Assembly (NCBI GenBank): GCA_035649535.1
Contig: DASRJI010000101.1
Location: 1,994-65,993 of the forward strand
From: Acidimicrobiales bacterium
GTDB taxonomy: Bacteria > Actinomycetota > Acidimicrobiia > Acidimicrobiales > JACDEA01
Length of the DNA stretch: 64,000 nucleotides
Reading direction: 5' to 3'
Shown here: one piece after another, positions 63,320 to 64,000 of the stretch
Position numbering within the stretch: the first letter of the stretch is position 1
How the letters are laid out: each line of letters starts with the position of its first letter
The notes under the pieces: model-generated
What the model was told of the DNA's origin: nothing
Seen by the model: the letters and a program-made list of their open reading frames with translations, nothing else
The model's database searches: none
Position numbers and translations under genes: made by a program

Positions 63320-64000
63320 GGCGCGCTGATCGGCAGTTCGAGCAGGCGGGGCTCGCCGCTGTCCCACGCGGCGCGCGCCGCGTCGGCCACGTCGTCCGCC
63401 TTCTCGACGAGCGTGGCGCCGACGCCCATCGACTCGGCGAGGGCGACGAAGTCCACCGGTGGCGCGTCCAGGTCGAGTCCGGGATACGCCTTGCCGGGCG
63501 GGAGGTTGCGCTTGAGGATGAGGTACTGGCGGTTGTTGACGACCGCGAAGAGGACCGGCAGCTGCTCGTGAGCTGCGGTCCACAGCGCTTGCGGCGAGTA
63601 CATGGCCGACCCGTCGCCGACGACGCACACGACTGGGCCGCGGTCGAGGGCCAGCGAAATGCCCAGGGCGGCGGGCATTCCCCAGCCAAGCCCGCCGCCC
63701 CGGTTGAAGAAGTATTGCCCGTCGCCGTGAAAGCCGCGCACGTACGCACCCGTCGTGATGGCCTCGTCAACGACGGGTGCATCGGCGGGCAGGGCGCGCA
63801 ACAAGGCGTGCGTCGCCGCCATTGGATGCATGGGGACGTCGCCGTAACGGCTGCGGGCGCGCTCGTCGAAGTCGCTCGACGCCGTGGGCGCAGCCGCCGC
63901 GTCGACGGTCGGCAATCGGTCGGCGACCGCCTCGAGCGTGGCGCGCACGTCGCCGAGGAGACCGAGCACTGTCGACTGAACCCGGCCGAGCTGGCCGGCG
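63316..64000 (-). CDS. thiamine-diphosphate enzyme (benzoylformate decarboxylase/acetolactate synthase-like), C-terminal part; 5' end outside window
   Basis: ThDP-binding motif GDGSAMYSPQALWTAAHEQLPVLFAVVNN. The frame stays open to the window edge. Confidence 0.7.
   Translation of the reverse strand, partial: AGQLGRVQSTVLGLLGDVRATLEAVADRLPTVDAAAAPTASSDFDERARSRYGDVPMHPMAATHALLRALPADAPVVDEAITTGAYVRGFHGDGQYFFNRGGGLGWGMPAALGISLALDRGPVVCVVGDGSAMYSPQALWTAAHEQLPVLFAVVNNRQYLILKRNLPPGKAYPGLDLDAPPVDFVALAESMGVGATLVEKADDVADAARAAWDSGEPRLLELPISAP

Noticed and set aside
1-64000. Searched for CRISPR arrays, tRNA/rRNA genes, transposases, integrases and phage genes.
   Set aside because: I saw no regularly spaced repeat array and no tRNA-like T-arm/acceptor pattern outside coding sequence. 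I also saw no DDE, tyrosine-recombinase or serine-recombinase motif. The only mobile-like signature is the DUF559 repeat-flanked unit reported above.

Overview
This is a high-GC (~68-70%), densely coding chromosomal segment. It looks like Actinomycetota: it has an Rpf-type resuscitation factor, LAXTG (class E sortase) sorting signals, a SARP regulator, and a mycobacterial-style FAS-II operon with an accD6-like gene and an InhA-like FabI. A deep-branching class such as Acidimicrobiia is possible but cannot be decided from sequence alone. I support about 65 protein genes, many joined by 1-4 nt start/stop overlaps (ATGA/GTGA). I found no rRNA, tRNA, CRISPR array, transposase or integrase.

Main blocks, in order:
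- FAS-II operon fabD-(lysine-free BCCP-like ORF)-fabH-fabG-acpP-fabF-accD-fabI (1-6501).
- Kinase, Dabb protein, aldehyde dehydrogenase, MFS transporter and ABC1 kinase genes.
- A surface-protein trio with two LAXTG anchors, one of them on a cupredoxin.
- An Opu-type compatible-solute ABC system.
- HelD.
- A cupredoxin plus two alpha/beta-hydrolase operon.
- A LiaF/LiaS/LiaR/DUF4097 envelope-stress module.
- An unknown-protein plus predicted pseudokinase pair.
- A Liv-type ABC importer with extreme domain fusions (LivH-LivM permease; MFS-LivF-LivG; membrane-anchored binding protein).
- A K-channel-like membrane protein pair.
- cfa.
- An ECF sigma/anti-sigma pair.
- Aldo/keto reductase and hot-dog dehydratase genes.
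- A frameshifted DUF559 gene flanked by 46-bp direct repeats.
- An MpaB-like oxygenase plus membrane protein, divergent from a 1178-aa SARP-adenylyl cyclase-NB-ARC-TPR protein.
- lutABC.
- A TrmH-family methyltransferase whose Shine-Dalgarno sequence lies in a perfect hairpin.
- An amidase-SDR-cupin-acyl-CoA ligase operon.
- DUF4202/Nfu, rpf, a second acyl-CoA ligase, and a PGRS-like glycine-rich secreted protein.
- A SAM-methyltransferase::Mug glycosylase fusion.
- A partial ThDP enzyme at the window end.

All product calls come from motif and family recognition by eye on the supplied translations. No database search was run. Start codons were refined by hand from ribosome-binding sites, gene overlaps and homology, so several could be off by a few codons.
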